Assembly: GCF_006345805.1 (NCBI RefSeq)
Contig: NC_043017.1
Location: 31,744,001 to 31,808,000, forward strand
Length of the DNA: 64,000 bases
Direction of reading: 5' to 3'
DNA from: Octopus sinensis
Taxonomy: Eukaryota
Each line of letters begins with the position of its first letter. Position 1 is the stretch's first letter. Of this stretch, positions 13,056-25,840 are shown in pieces. The position numbers and the translations under genes were made by a program. The notes beneath the pieces are model-generated. The model was not told the DNA's origin, did no database searches, and saw only the letters and a program-made list of their open reading frames with translations.

Positions 13056-13268
13056 ATGTGTTTGTGTGTCTGTGTTTGTCCCTCTAGCATTGCTTGACAA
13101 CCAATGCTGGTGTGTTTACGTCCCCGTCACTTAGCGGTTCGGCAAAACAGACTGATAGAATAAGTACTAGGCTTACAAAGAATAAGTCCCGGGGTCGATT
13201 TGCTCGACTAAAGGCAGTGCTCCAGCATGGCCGCAGTCAAATGTCTGAAGCAAGTAAAGAGTAAAAGA
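12845..13268 (+). mobile_element. SINE family B
   Basis: Full head, microsatellite and tail. Confidence 0.9.
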
Positions 13269-13286
13269 GAGTATATACATACATAA

Positions 13287-13447
<161 letters not shown>

Positions 13448-13719
13448 ATATACATACATAAATACATATATATTATATATACATACATACATATATATAT
13501 TATATATTATATATATATATGCATGATGCTGCACAAGCATAAAAGTAGCTGTGCAGAGGTGTATTCAAGCACACATGCAGCTTTACATAAAAGTGCCCAT
13601 GTAGCTCCATGTAAAAGCATCTGTGTGATGCCACATAAAAAGCACCCAGCACACTCTGTAAAGTGGTTGGTATAAAGATGGGTATCAAGCCGTAGAAACC
13701 ATGCCGAACCAGACAGGAG

Positions 13720-14025
13720 TTTGGCCCCCTTAGCAAAGTACCCCTCTGAAGCACAAGTCTGGGCAAGGTTGCTTACAGAAGACCAGCAATTGCCCATGCA
13801 TATCAGCCTCCCCACTCCACACCACCAATGTTATCCAAGAGAAAGGCAGAGGGGCCGATACAGCTTGGCACCTGTGACATCGCAACTCATTTCTACAGCT
13901 GAGTGAACTGGAGCAACATGAAATAAAGTGTCTTGCTCAAGAACACAACACACAGCCCAGTCCAGGAATCGAACTTGCTACCTCATAATTGTGAGCCCAC
14001 CACTCTAACCACTGAGCCATGTGCC
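13720..14025 (-). mobile_element. tRNA-derived SINE (family C/E body; also ~26335-26665 minus and partly ~46080-46345 plus)
   Basis: agctgagtgaactggagcaa..gaaat.aagtgtcttgctcaagaaca shared among copies; body gaagaccagcaattgcccatg...gccgatacagcttggcacctgtgac. Confidence 0.8.
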
Positions 14026-14469
14026 ATCAATCATAATATACTTCTAAGTATATTAGAGACTTATAAGTCAATACCATGTTCTACCTGGTTGAATTGCACT
14101 GCTAACACAGGTAGGACACAGTGTTCACTCCAAGTCAATGAATGTCAAGTACAATGCTTTATTCATAGCTAAATACTTCTGTAATTGTCTGACTAAGAAT
14201 ATATGAAGTTATAAGAATTCATAAACTTTAGAAAGAACATGAAATAATTCTTTCTTTGAGCAGTGGATCTTGAAGCAAATAAAGCTATAAATAATAGCAT
14301 GTAAATATTGATTTCAAATTTTGCACTAGGCCAGCGACTTTAGAGGAGGAATTAAGTTGATTACATCAACCCCAGCGTTCAACTGGTACTTATTTTATCA
14401 ACTGCAAAAAAAAAAAAATAAAGAGAAAGGTGGCCTCAGTGGAATTTGAACCTAAAGCATGAAGACAGA

Positions 14470-14665
14470 CGAAATACTGCATTTTTCCCAGGATGAATAC
14501 CTATTTCTTTACTTCCCACAAGGGGCTAAACACAGAGAGGACAAGCAAGGACAGACAAACGGATTAAGACGATAATATCGACCCCAGAGCGTAACTGGTA
14601 CTTATTTAATCGACCCCGAAAGGATGAAAGGCAAAGTCAGCCTCAGTGGAATCTGAACTCAGAAC
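14470..14665 (-). mobile_element. SINE family A (a further fragment lies at ~14330-14450)
   Basis: cgaccccgaaaggatgaaaggcaaagtc. Confidence 0.82.
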
Positions 14666-15285
14666 ACCATTTGAACACTGGAGTCGATGTAACTGATTTA
14701 CCCGCTCCCTCAAAATGCTGGCCTTGCACCAAGATTTGAAACCAGCGTGGGCAGCTAAAACCTTTGAATGTGGCATGCATTCATGATTGAAACCTCCTTC
14801 AACTAAATAAAAGACTGTGTTTATACCATTTCCCTTAGCACTTCTTGAGTTTCTATATATATACAGTTCTAATACTAATAACTAATCTATCATAACAAGC
14901 ACCTGCTAAACTAATTACTCTAAATAAGAGAAAATATCACCATCAAATCTTTCCCTGGGTGTCCTTGGTACTAACTAATCTTGTAAGCCTAAAGCATAGC
15001 TTGTCTACTCAGTGACCCCAGATCCAGCACTGATTGTTTATACTGGTTACACAGTACTGAATTCCTATGTACCTCTCCCCCCTTGTATCAATCAAAGCTA
15101 TTCTAGACATGCTGCTTGGATTTTGTGCTCTCGATTATCAGTTTCAATTATGTTGTTTGCCATGGTGACATTTCAGCATTTCAGATGTAAATAATTCTTC
15201 AAAGTTAGGAAACTTTTGCATTTTTCAAGACATTTCTGCAACATAAACCAAACCCTTATTATATCAAAATGTCCAAGGTGTATAG

Positions 15286-15640
15286 TTCATCATCATCATC
15301 ATCATCATCATTTAACATCCGCTTTCCCTGCTAGCATGGGTTGGACGATTTTGACTGAGGGCTGGCAAACCAGATGGCTGCACCAGGCTCCAGTCTTGAT
15401 CTGGCAGAGTTTCTACAGCTGGATGCCCTTCCTAATGCCAACCACTCCGAGAGTGTAGTGGGTGCTTTTTACGTGCCACCGGCACGGGGGGCCAGTCATG
15501 CGGTACTGACAATGACCTTGTTCGAATCTTTTTACACATGCCATTGGCACAGGTGCCAGTAAGGCGACGTTAGTAACGATCACGCACGAATGGTGCCCTT
15601 TTACATGCCATGGCATGGGGGGGGGGCCCAGTCAGGCAGT
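15286..15640 (-). mobile_element. RTE 3'UTR-type element
   Basis: (CAT)n, ccgctttccctgctagcatgggttggacg, ggatgcccttcctaatgccaaccactcc. Confidence 0.85.
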
Positions 15641-15876
15641 AATGAATATTTTCTCCAATGCTAAGTTCTTTCCTGAATGTCTTATCAATTTACATTTACA
15701 ATAAACTCACATATAGGATGCAAATGTTGCTGTTTGGTAAGAAGTTTGTATCCAAACAACATAGTTCCAGGTTCAGTTCCCCGCTATGTCATGTTTTGAG
15801 CAAGTGCCTTTTACTCAGGCTGGCCAAAGACTCATGAGTGCATTTGATAGACAGAAACTAAAATAAGCCAATCATA

Positions 15877-15911
<35 letters not shown>

Positions 15912-15915
<4 letters not shown>

Positions 15916-16130
15916 ACAAAGGGTAAGATTAATTAATTAAGAAGTAATCAGTAATTTCACCAAGTAGAATTCGGCATGAAAAAGACCATTTCATGGTAAG
16001 CTTAAGTAATACTTTATAATTAGGGTTCAGCAAAGATTTGCTTCACCACATACCAAAGTTTAGAAATAGCAGTCAAAAGTAGAAGGAATAGCTAAGATTT
16101 TTTGACTGCTATTTCTAAACTTCGGTATAA
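15912..16130 (-). mobile_element. Fragment of a (TA)n-embedded repeat family (homologous to 27560-27770 and 52220-52440) with a terminal 29-bp hairpin at 16050-16128
   Basis: Shared gctatttctaaacttcggtatgtggt.aagcaaatctttgctgaaccctaattat. Confidence 0.8.
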
Positions 16131-16144
16131 AGTATATATATATA

Positions 16145-16385
16145 TGGAGGTGTGTTAGGGTGTCAGCATCATGATTGTAAGATTGTGGTTTCAATTCCTG
16201 GACAAGGCGACGCGTTGTGTTCTTGAAGAAAACACTTCATTTCACATTGCTCCAGTCCACTCAGCTGGCAAAAATAAGTAACACTGTGATGGACTGGCGT
16301 CCCATCCAGCCAGGGAACACATACTCCATTAAAACTGGAAAACCGGGCCCATGAGCCTGGCTGGGCTTTAAAAGGGCACATTTAT
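16145..16385 (+). mobile_element. tRNA-derived SINE family C
   Basis: ggtttcaattcc B-box-like, acacttcatttcacattgctccagtccactcagctg, gatggactggcgtcccatccag. Confidence 0.8.
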
Positions 16386-16396
16386 TTCATTTTTTT

Positions 16397-16443
<47 letters not shown>

Positions 16444-16444
16444 C

Positions 16445-16499
<55 letters not shown>

Positions 16500-17111
16500 C
16501 AAATATATAATGTGTGTGTGTTTATGTGTATGTCTTCATGTCTCTGTTTGTTCACCACCACTGCTTAACAACTAGTGTTGGTGTGTTTACATCCTTGTTA
16601 CTTAGCAGTTTGGCAAAAGAGATTAACAGAATAAGTACCAATATTTTTTTATAAATCAGCAAATAAGTACTGGCTTAAATTCAATCGACCACAATCCTTC
16701 AAAGCGGTACTCCAGCATGGCCACAGCCTCATAACTGAAACAAGGAAAGGATAAAGAATAAAAGACAGGAGAATGAAAGCCATATCTTGCAAAAGACTTA
16801 CCAAGACACTCATCACCATTCCGTAACTCCAGTGTTTAACAGAGCAGAAGCCCGGAACAACGTCATCCAGATAAGTACTTCTACTTAGTGTGTACATAAT
16901 GGCATTTGTAATAATAACCATTTCTCCTACAAACTATTTACTCTTCATGTAATTTACAAGAGTCATTTAGTTGCTACATGGCATTGTGTAGTTTGCTCAA
17001 CAATGTAAATTGTTTCTTAAAATTTACACATAGCCAAAATTTTGAGGGGAGAGTATATTCAAGTAAATCAATAGCAATGTTTGTGTTGCAGTTTATATGT
17101 AATATATATAT

Positions 17112-17167
<56 letters not shown>

Positions 17168-17293
17168 GTGTATGTATATATGTATATATATATATTCATA
17201 AATGAGGGTGAAAAATTAGATATTATTTTAATAATACCATCAGTTTAACACCAAGTGGCCTAGCACATAAAAACCAGGGAGACAATACAAATT

Positions 17294-17816
<523 letters not shown>

Positions 17817-17834
17817 GTATGTATATATATAAAA

Positions 17835-18065
17835 TATAAAGTAGAGCGAAAACCACTATTATGCAACTCAAACAGTGATAGACATAAACCAATACATAAA
17901 TATATTGGTTATTTATGTATTGGTTTATGTCTATCACTGTTTCAGTTGCCTAATAGTGGTTTTATCTTTAATTTGTATTTTATATATTTATACTATGAAA
18001 TTGAATTTAATGCTAAATTGAATTTTCCCCTGTAAGTTTGGAGTTATACTCCCTAATATTATTAT
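17835..18065. repeat. Palindromic (TA)n-embedded element, family P (also ~27085-27368 and ~50528-50905)
   Basis: Arms aaaaccactatta.gcaactcaaacagtga...cataaaccaatacat inverted, plus a one-sided tail cctgtaagtttgga.t.tactccctaatatt shared by three copies. Confidence 0.88.
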
Positions 18066-18229
18066 TATGTATATATATTTACATATGAGTAAAACGCCCC
18101 CCATCCAATGAACAGTGCTGAATCATATCTGCTGAGTAAAATCAGTGTTTTCTTTTCATTAAAAAATAATTAAGCATGCCTTTATTTCAATAAAATTTTT
18201 GGTTTTGTTAAACGAAGTTAAGGCAAAAA

Positions 18230-18632
18230 TAAAAACCTCTTGAGAAACCAAATAGTCTTTCTTTCCTTCATGCCAAGTTTGAAGAAAATATTTCTTTTGC
18301 ATCTTACTGTTTTGGTCTCTTAAATATACTGCATTTTGTGGCATTATTTCAAGCCAGCCGGCTTTTTTGCGCAAACTGCACTGCATTTTTCTCGCGTGTG
18401 CATAGTATCGATTGCAACAGCTGATTTACTTGCACGTACAAATGCACATTCCGACGGCTTTATTAATCGCATTCTCACCTGGAATCGATTTTCGTAATTT
18501 TTTCAAGACTTATACACGCCCTGATACCGTCAGTATCTACATATCAAATTTGAGCGCAATCGGATGGAGGATGCCCGAGATCCTAGAAGACACACACACA
18601 CACAGACAGAACAGATTTTATATAATAGATAT
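18230..18632 (+). mobile_element. DINE-1/Helentron-associated-like non-autonomous element (3' part)
   Basis: aaatttgagcgcaatcggatg...(CA/GACA)n...ttttatataatagat terminus resembles DINE/HINE 3' ends. The 5' boundary is uncertain. Confidence 0.5.
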
Positions 18633-18689
18633 ACAGTTAGAAGGAGAAGAAAGAAGAATGACCGAAATTTTTTTTTGTTCATTTTCAAC

Positions 18690-19075
18690 ATCTCCACCAT
18701 CATCTCTCTATATATAAACGGCAGTTTGTCTGTGTGTGTTTCTGTGTGTCTGTTAGGTTGTACCCTCACCATGACCACGGCTTTCAACCGATTCTGATGA
18801 AACTTGACACACACATAGACCAATGTCATAATTCAAAACTAACGCAGCGAAAATTTTGAAAAGTTCCTCCAGTTCTGAAAAAAATCGATAAATTCGACAT
18901 GGGGTCGAGAATCAGAAACACAAACCACAGATTGTCTAGGGGACACAACTCGACCTTTTTAACTAAAAAAAAAATTTACCATAATTTTTTTTCCAGTTTT
19001 TGGCTATAACTCTCTAAAAATGCTTTATAGTTATTTCCCTTACAAACCCGAGCAACGCCGGGCAATACTGCTAGT
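18690..19075 (-). mobile_element. DINE-1/Helentron-associated-like element
   Basis: Minus 5' end ctagcagtattgcccggcgttgctcggg (hairpin); 3' end aagtttcatcagaatcggttgaaagc...acagacacacag...gtttatatatagaga. Confidence 0.6.
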
Positions 19076-19115
19076 CACTAATACAAAGAGAAATATGATA
19101 AGTGACAATGTAGGG

Positions 19116-19420
19116 CAGTCATTCTCAACTGTTTTTTACCAATGGGTCCCTTTGATTACTATTTTATTCTTGTAGTCCACCATTGCCACTTGAAATTTAA
19201 AATCTAGTTTTATAGATGCTTGTTTTAAAATTCCCATCATATTTTTCACACATTAGCATGTGCAATTTGAACTATTTGAGACATTAGAGAAAGAATTCGA
19301 GCTGTTTCTAAAGCAAAAGGTTTTCATGGGGCCTTAAACTACTGCTGTGGGTCCCTGATTCACTATTTTCCTTGTGCAGATCCCCCAAAATCTTATACGG
19401 ACCCCAGCTGAGAACCACTG
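19116..19420. mobile_element. hAT-type MITE
   Basis: Imperfect TIRs cagtcattctcaac / gctgagaaccactg, resembling CAGTGGTTCTCAAC. Confidence 0.65.
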
Positions 19421-19944
19421 ACGTAGATGTTCCCCTAACTGACTCCTCAATCTGATGGTGTCGACAGAGACCACAGACTTTATTGGAGTGTTATACAAAT
19501 TGATTTAACTATTTTTTCACTTCCTGGAGCATCTGTTCTTTTGAAACAGAATAACTGTCAACAAAAATGTTTATCCCTTCAAGCTATTTCCAAGATACAC
19601 AAACAAAACAAAATGACAGTTTTCAAATGTTTTAAATTATTCAAAGGAAATTTGTCTGGAAACATCCAGGAGAGGGAAGAATACAGCTGGACGCAGAAGA
19701 TTTGCCAAACTGTATTCTGGGAGATTGCAAAGGAAACAAAAGACAAAAACGAAGAAAAAAAAAAGGATGAATTGAATGGATTTTATACAGGAATGGATGA
19801 GTGGTTTTAAGAAGCAGGTTCTGCGTTCAGTCTCACTGCTCAGCACCTTGGGTAAGTGTTTTCTACCATAGCCCAAGGTCAACCAGTGACTTGTGAGCGA
19901 ATTTGGAAGAAAGAAACCTGAATGGAAGCCCATTGTGTGTATAA

Positions 19945-19945
<1 letters not shown>

Positions 19946-19985
<40 letters not shown>

Positions 19986-20420
19986 CCATCAACATCATCG
20001 TCATCATCATCATTGTTTAACGTCCGTTTACTATGCTAGCATGGGTTGGACGGTTCGACCAGGGTCTGGGAAGCCAGGAGGCTGCACCAAGCTCCAGTCT
20101 GATCTGGCAGTGTTTCTACAGCTGGATGCCCTTCCTAAAACCAACCACTCCATGAGTGTAGTGGGTGCTTTTTACGTGCCACCGACACAGGTGCGAGGGG
20201 AGGCTGGTAGAGACACGATCGGTTGGTGCTTTTTACGTGCCACCGGCACAGAAGCCAGTCAAGGCAGTGCTGGCATCAGCCACATTTGGATGGTGCTTTT
20301 TATGTGCCACCGGCACAGGTATCACAACTACAATTTCCATTTGATATTTATTTTGATGTTGATGTACTTGACTCAGTAGGTCTCCTCAAGAACAGCAGGT
20401 CACATGCCACTGGCAGAGAA
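19946..20420 (-). mobile_element. RTE 3'UTR-type element with tandem tgctttttacgtgccaccggcac units
   Basis: (CAT)n tail and the same 3'UTR as 10633-10960. Confidence 0.85.
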
Positions 20421-20696
20421 ACCAGTTCGGATGGTGCTTAATGTGTGTGTATGAGTTTATGTGTGAGTGTGTTTGTGTTGCATGCGTGTGTTTGTGCATG
20501 CATCTGTATGTCCTTATGTTGTGTTTGTCCCATTCCACTGCTTAACAACTGGTGTTGGTGTGTTTATGCCCCTATAACTTAGCAGTTTAGCAAAAGAGAC
20601 TGACAGAATAAGTAAATAACAGCCTTAAAAAGAAAATAACTACTGGGGTCAATTTGTTCAACTAAACACTTGAAGTTGGTGCTGTTGCTGTTGAGC

Positions 20697-21060
20697 GAAC
20701 GGTCTTCGTCCGAGAGCTCGCAAGATGGGAGATGTCCGAAACGTGGTCCTTTGCTATTCGTAAGACCTGCAGAAGAGAAAGCAGGTCAACCCCCAACACC
20801 GAGAGCATCGACGGATGGATGAATGCGCATCCAGGCTCAGCGGTTGCGTAGGAAGTCGGGGACAAGAAACAGGAAGAAAGAGTGAGAGAAAGTCGGAGCA
20901 AAAGAGTACAACAGGGGTCGTCACCCCCTCTGCCGGAGCCTCATGGTTCTTTAGGTGTTTTCGCTCAACAAACACACACAACGCCCGGTCCGGGAATCGA
21001 AACCACGATCCACTGACCGTGTGTCCGCTGCCCTAACCATTGCGCCATTGCACCTCCACT
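20697..21060 (-). mobile_element. SINE family C inserted into the tail of an older SINE B
   Basis: tRNA-like head at 20980-21060 (cgggaatcgaaacc); agttggtgct repeated on both sides as a probable TSD. Confidence 0.75.
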
Positions 21061-21183
21061 GTAGTTGGTGCTCCAGCATGGCCACAGTCCATTAACTGAA
21101 GCAAGAAGGAAGGTAACAGTTAAAAGATAAGAAGCTGGAGGATGGAACCCCAAACCAAAGTAGAGATTTGCTATTTTTTTAGT

Positions 21184-21610
21184 AGGCGCAGGAGTGGCTG
21201 TGTGGTAAGTAGCTTGCTAACCAGCCACATGGTTCCGGGTTCAGTCCCACTGCGTGGCATCTTGGGCAAGTGTCTTCTGCTATAGCCCAAGGCCGACCAA
21301 TGCCTTGTGAGTGGATTTGGTAGACGGAAACTGAAAGAAGCCTGTCGTATATATGTATATATATATGTATGTGTGTGTATATGTTTGTGTGTCTGTGTTT
21401 GTCCCCCTAGCATTGCTTGACAACCGATGCTGGTGTGTTTACGTCCCCGTCACTTAGCGGTTCGGCAAAAAGAGACCGATAGAATAAGTACTGGGCTTAC
21501 AAAAGAATAAGTCCCGGGGTCGATTTGCTCGATTAAAGGCGGTGCTCCAGCATGGCTGCAGTCAAAATGACTGAAACAAGTAAAAGAGTAAAAGAGTAAA
21601 AGAGTAAAGA
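21184..21610 (+). mobile_element. SINE family B, near-consensus copy
   Basis: ggcgcaggagtggctgtgtggt through actgaaacaagtaaaagagtaaaagag. Confidence 0.92.
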
Positions 21611-22299
21611 GAGCAACGAGAAAGAGAGAGCTGATTTGATTGGTTCATTCATATAGATCGGTATTTTTTATTTTTTTTATTTCTATATGTAAGTGAATTT
21701 GTTGTTTCTGATTGTTTTTATCTATGTATAAATTCCAACAAACACCCAAAACTTTGAGAAAAAGGAGAGAGAGAAAAAAAAAAAGAACATCAGAGAATGC
21801 ATTAAAACTTTCTAATTAATGCTTTTCTACAAATAAATCATTATAACAGTGAAGAGAAATTAAGTTTCTGAACAATATAAACATCAAAGTGTACATCACA
21901 TCTATCACACAGACACTGGACATCCTGGTAATGGAATCATACATCTTTGAAGCCTTAATAAAGTGGATGTTGAATATGAAACTCACAATCTTCTGATAGT
22001 TATGTAAATAATTAAGATTTCATACAGTGGCAGAGATACAGAAATATATAGGGGAAACAGAGATGATTGAAATGACCTCAGGATATGAAATATAGGGCAG
22101 TGATTAAGAAAAACAAATGTAGGCCTCACTGTGTGGTTAAAGTAGTTTGCTTGGGAACAGTGTGGTACCAGGTTCAATTCTGTCGCAAGTAGCCACTGAC
22201 AAGTGTTTTTCTTCTATAGTTTTGGGTTGACCAATACTCTGTGATTTGAATGTGTTAGATAAGAACTGTGCATAAACATAACAAATGCATAAGTGAATA

Positions 22300-22470
22300 T
22301 GTATGTTTCTCTCCTTGTTTTTGTCTGTGTCCCTTTCTGTAGAAGAGCATAGGCTCGAAACGTAAAAGACTTTTGCTATTCCTGAACGTTATAATAATAC
22401 ATCTGTTTGTTTTGTACACCACCTGTCTTCGTCTTTTGTTTTTTTCGTAAACTCTCTCTCTCTCTCTTTC

Positions 22471-22502
<32 letters not shown>

Positions 22503-22700
22503 TATATATATATCGTAAGCCACTACACACATTTTTTCTCTCCTTGTTTTTTTTCTGTATCCCTTTCTGTAGAAGAGCATAGGCTCGAAACGTAAAAGAC
22601 TTTTGCTATTCCTGAACGTTATAATAATACATCTGTTTGTTTTGTACACCACCTGTCTTCGTCTTTTGTTTTTTTCGTAAACTCTCTCTCTCTCTCTTTC

Positions 22701-22736
<36 letters not shown>

Positions 22737-24292
22737 TATATATATATCGTAAGCCACTACACACATTTTTTCTCTCCTTGTTTTTTTTCTGTATCCCTTT
22801 CTGTAGAAGAGCATAGGCTCGAAACGTAAAAGACTTTTGCTATTCCTGAGTGTTATAATAATACATCTGTTTGTTTTGTACACCACCTGTCTTCGTCTTT
22901 TGTTTTTTTCGTAAACTCTCTCTCTCTCTCTTTCTATATATATATATATATATAGATAGATATATATATATCGTAAGCCACTACACACATTTTTTCTCTC
23001 CTTGTTTTCTTTCTGTATCCCTTTCTGTAGAAGAGCATAAGCTCGAAACGTAAAAGACTTTTGCTATTCCTGAGCGTTATAATAATACATCTGTTTGTTT
23101 TGTAAACCACCTGTCTTCGTCTTTTGTTTTTTTCGTAAACTCTCTCTCTCTCTCTTTCTATATATATATTAAAATATTATATAGATATATATATATCGTA
23201 AGCCACTACACCACATTTTTTCTCTCCTTGTTTTTTTTCTGTATCCCTTTCTGTAGAAGAGCATAAGCTCGAAACGTAACAGACTTTTGCTATTCCTGAG
23301 CGTTATAATAATACATCTGTTTGTTTTGTACACCACCTGTCTTCGTCTTTTGTTTTTTTCGTAAAACTCTCCTCTCTCTCTTTCTATTATAGATATATAT
23401 ATATATATATATATATATGATATAATATTATCGTAAGCCACACACACATTTTTTCTCTCCTTTTTTTTTTTCTGTATCCCTTTCTGTAGAAGAGCATAAG
23501 CTCGAAACGTAAAAGACTTTGCCTATTCCTGAGCGTTATAATAATACATCTGTTTGTTTTGTACACCACCTGTCTTCGTCTTTTGTTTGTTTCGTAATTC
23601 TCTCTCTCTCTCTTTCCTATATATATATATATATATATAATATATATATATATAGATATATATATATCGTAAGCCACTACACACATTTTTTCTCTCCTTG
23701 TTTTTTTTCTGTATCCCGTTCTGTAGAAGAGCATAGGCTCGAAACGTAAAAGACTTTTGCTATTCCTGAGCGTTTAAATAATACATCGTTTGTTTTGTAC
23801 ACCACCTGTCTTCGTCTTTTGTTTTTTTCGTAAAACTCTCCTCTCTCTCTCTCTCTTTCTATATATATATATATATAGATATATATATAATCGTAAGCCA
23901 CTACACACATTTTTTCTCTCCTTGTTTTTTTTCTGCATCCCTTTCTGTAGAAGCAGCATGCTCGAACGTAAAAGACTTTTGCTATTCCTGAACGTTATAC
24001 TAATACATCTGTTTGTTTTGTACACCACCTGTCTTCGTTCTTTGTTTTTTTCGTAAACTCTCTCTCTCTTCTTTCTATATATATATATATATATAGATAG
24101 ATATATATATATCGTAAGCCACTACACACATTTTTTCTCTCCTGTTTTTTTTTTCTGACATCCCTTTCTGTAGAAGAGCATAGGCTCGAAACGTAAAAGA
24201 CTTTTGCTATTCCTGAGCGTTTAATAATACATCTGTTGGTTTTGTACACCACCTGTCTTCGTCCTTCGTTTTTTTTTTGTAAACTCTCCCTA
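22300..24292 (+). repeat. Tandem array of nine ~223-237-bp units, each with a hammerhead-like fold (retrozyme-like)
   Basis: ctgtagaagagcataggctcgaaacgt (or a close variant) begins at 22337, 22567, 22801, 23025, 23251, 23484, 23721, 23945 (degenerate) and 24168; units are separated by (CT)n(AT)n(AG)n. Confidence 0.95.
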
Positions 24293-24309
24293 TATATATA
24301 TATGTTTCT

Positions 24310-25840
24310 GTATTGAAGACTTGATTTCAAGCCCCTGAACATTATAAACAAGTTGGCAAAGGACTGAGATATCTGGTGCCTTGCTCTATTCAAGAAGACC
24401 CATCCACCAAAGCAGAATTTATACCATTCCTGGTGCCATGTAAAAATGCACTGATGCAGGTGCCAGGTAAAAAGTACTGATGCAGGTGCCAGGTAAAAAG
24501 TACTGATGCAGGTGCCAGGTAAATGCCACTGATGCAGGTGCCAGGTAAAACTACTGATGCAGGTGCCAGGTAAAAAGTATCTGATGCAGGTGCCAGGTAA
24601 AAGTACTGAATGCAGGTGCCAGGTAAAAAGTTACTGATGCAGGTGCCAGTAAAAAGTACTGATGGCAGTGCCAGTTAAAATGCACTGATGCAAGTGCCAG
24701 GTAAAAAGTACTGATGCAGGTGCCAGGTAAAATGCACTGATGCAGGTGCCAGGTAAAAAGTACTGATGCAGGTGGCCAGGTAAAAAGTACTGATGCAGGT
24801 GCCAGGTAAAAAGTAGCTGATGCAGGTGCCAGGTAAAAAGTACTGATGCAGTGCCAGGTAAAATGCACTGATGCAGGTGCCAGGTAAAAGTACTGATGCA
24901 GTGCCAGGTAAAAGTACTGATGCAGGTGCCAGGTAAAAAGTCCTGATGCAGGTGCCAGGTAAAAAGTACTGATGCAGGTGCCAGGTAAAAGTACTGATGC
25001 AGGTGCCAGGTAAAATGCACTGATGCAGGTGCCAGGTAAAAAGTACTGATGCAGGTGCCAGTAAAATGCACTTGATGCAGGTGCCAGGTAAAAGTACTGA
25101 TGCAGGTGCCAGGTAAAAAGTACTGATGCAGGTGCCAGGTAAAAAGTACTGATGCAGGTGCCAGGTAAAATGCACTGATGCAGGTGCCAGGTAAAAAGTA
25201 CTGATGCAGGTGCCAGGTAAAAGTACTGATGCAGGTGCCAGGTAAAATGCACTGATGCAGGTGCCAGGTAAAAAGTACTGATGCAGGTGCCAGGTAAAAA
25301 GTACTGATGCAGGTGCCAGGTAAAAAGTACTGATGCAGGTGCCAGGTAAAATGCACTGATGCAGGTGCCAGGTAAAAAGTACTGATGCAGGTGCCAGGTA
25401 AAAAGTACTGATGCAGGTGCCAGGTAAAAAGTACTGATGCAGGTGCCAGGTAAAAAGTACTGATGCAGGTGCCAGGTAAAAAGTACTGATGCAGGTGCCA
25501 GGTAAAAAGTACTGATGCAGGTGCCAGGTAAAATGCACTGATGCAGGTGCCAGGTAAAAAGTACTGATGCAGGTGCCAGGTAAAATGCACTGATGCAGGT
25601 GCCAGGTAAAAAGTACTGATGCAGGTGCCAGGTAAAAAGCACTGATGCAGGTGCCAGGTAAAAAGTACTGATGCAGGTGCCAGGTAAAATGCACTGATGC
25701 AGGTGCCAGGTAAAAAGTACTGATGCAGGTGCCAGGTAAAAAGTACTGATGCAGGTGCCAGGTAAAAGTACTGATGCAGGTGCCAGGTAAAAAGTACTGA
25801 TGCTGGTACTACGTGAAAAGCACCCAATACACTCTGTGCC
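24310..25840 (+). repeat. 26-bp minisatellite (~52 copies, ~24450-25810) inside an RTE 3' end remnant
   Basis: Unit actgatgcaggtgccaggtaaaaagt (variant ...aaaatgc). Upstream translates ..DIWCLALFKKTHPPKQN, like the RTE C-terminus; downstream aaaagcacccaatacactc is the RTE 3'UTR. Confidence 0.92.

Noticed and set aside
18790-18850. ctgatgaaac as a hammerhead core
   Set aside because: Part of the aaccgattctgatgaaactt motif of a DINE-like element; no stems.
21184-21260. tRNA genes
   Set aside because: A/B-box-like heads belong to SINEs; no complete cloverleaf with an acceptor stem.
22300-24292. CRISPR-like or regularly spaced array
   Set aside because: The whole unit is repeated, there are no unique spacers, and the context is eukaryotic.
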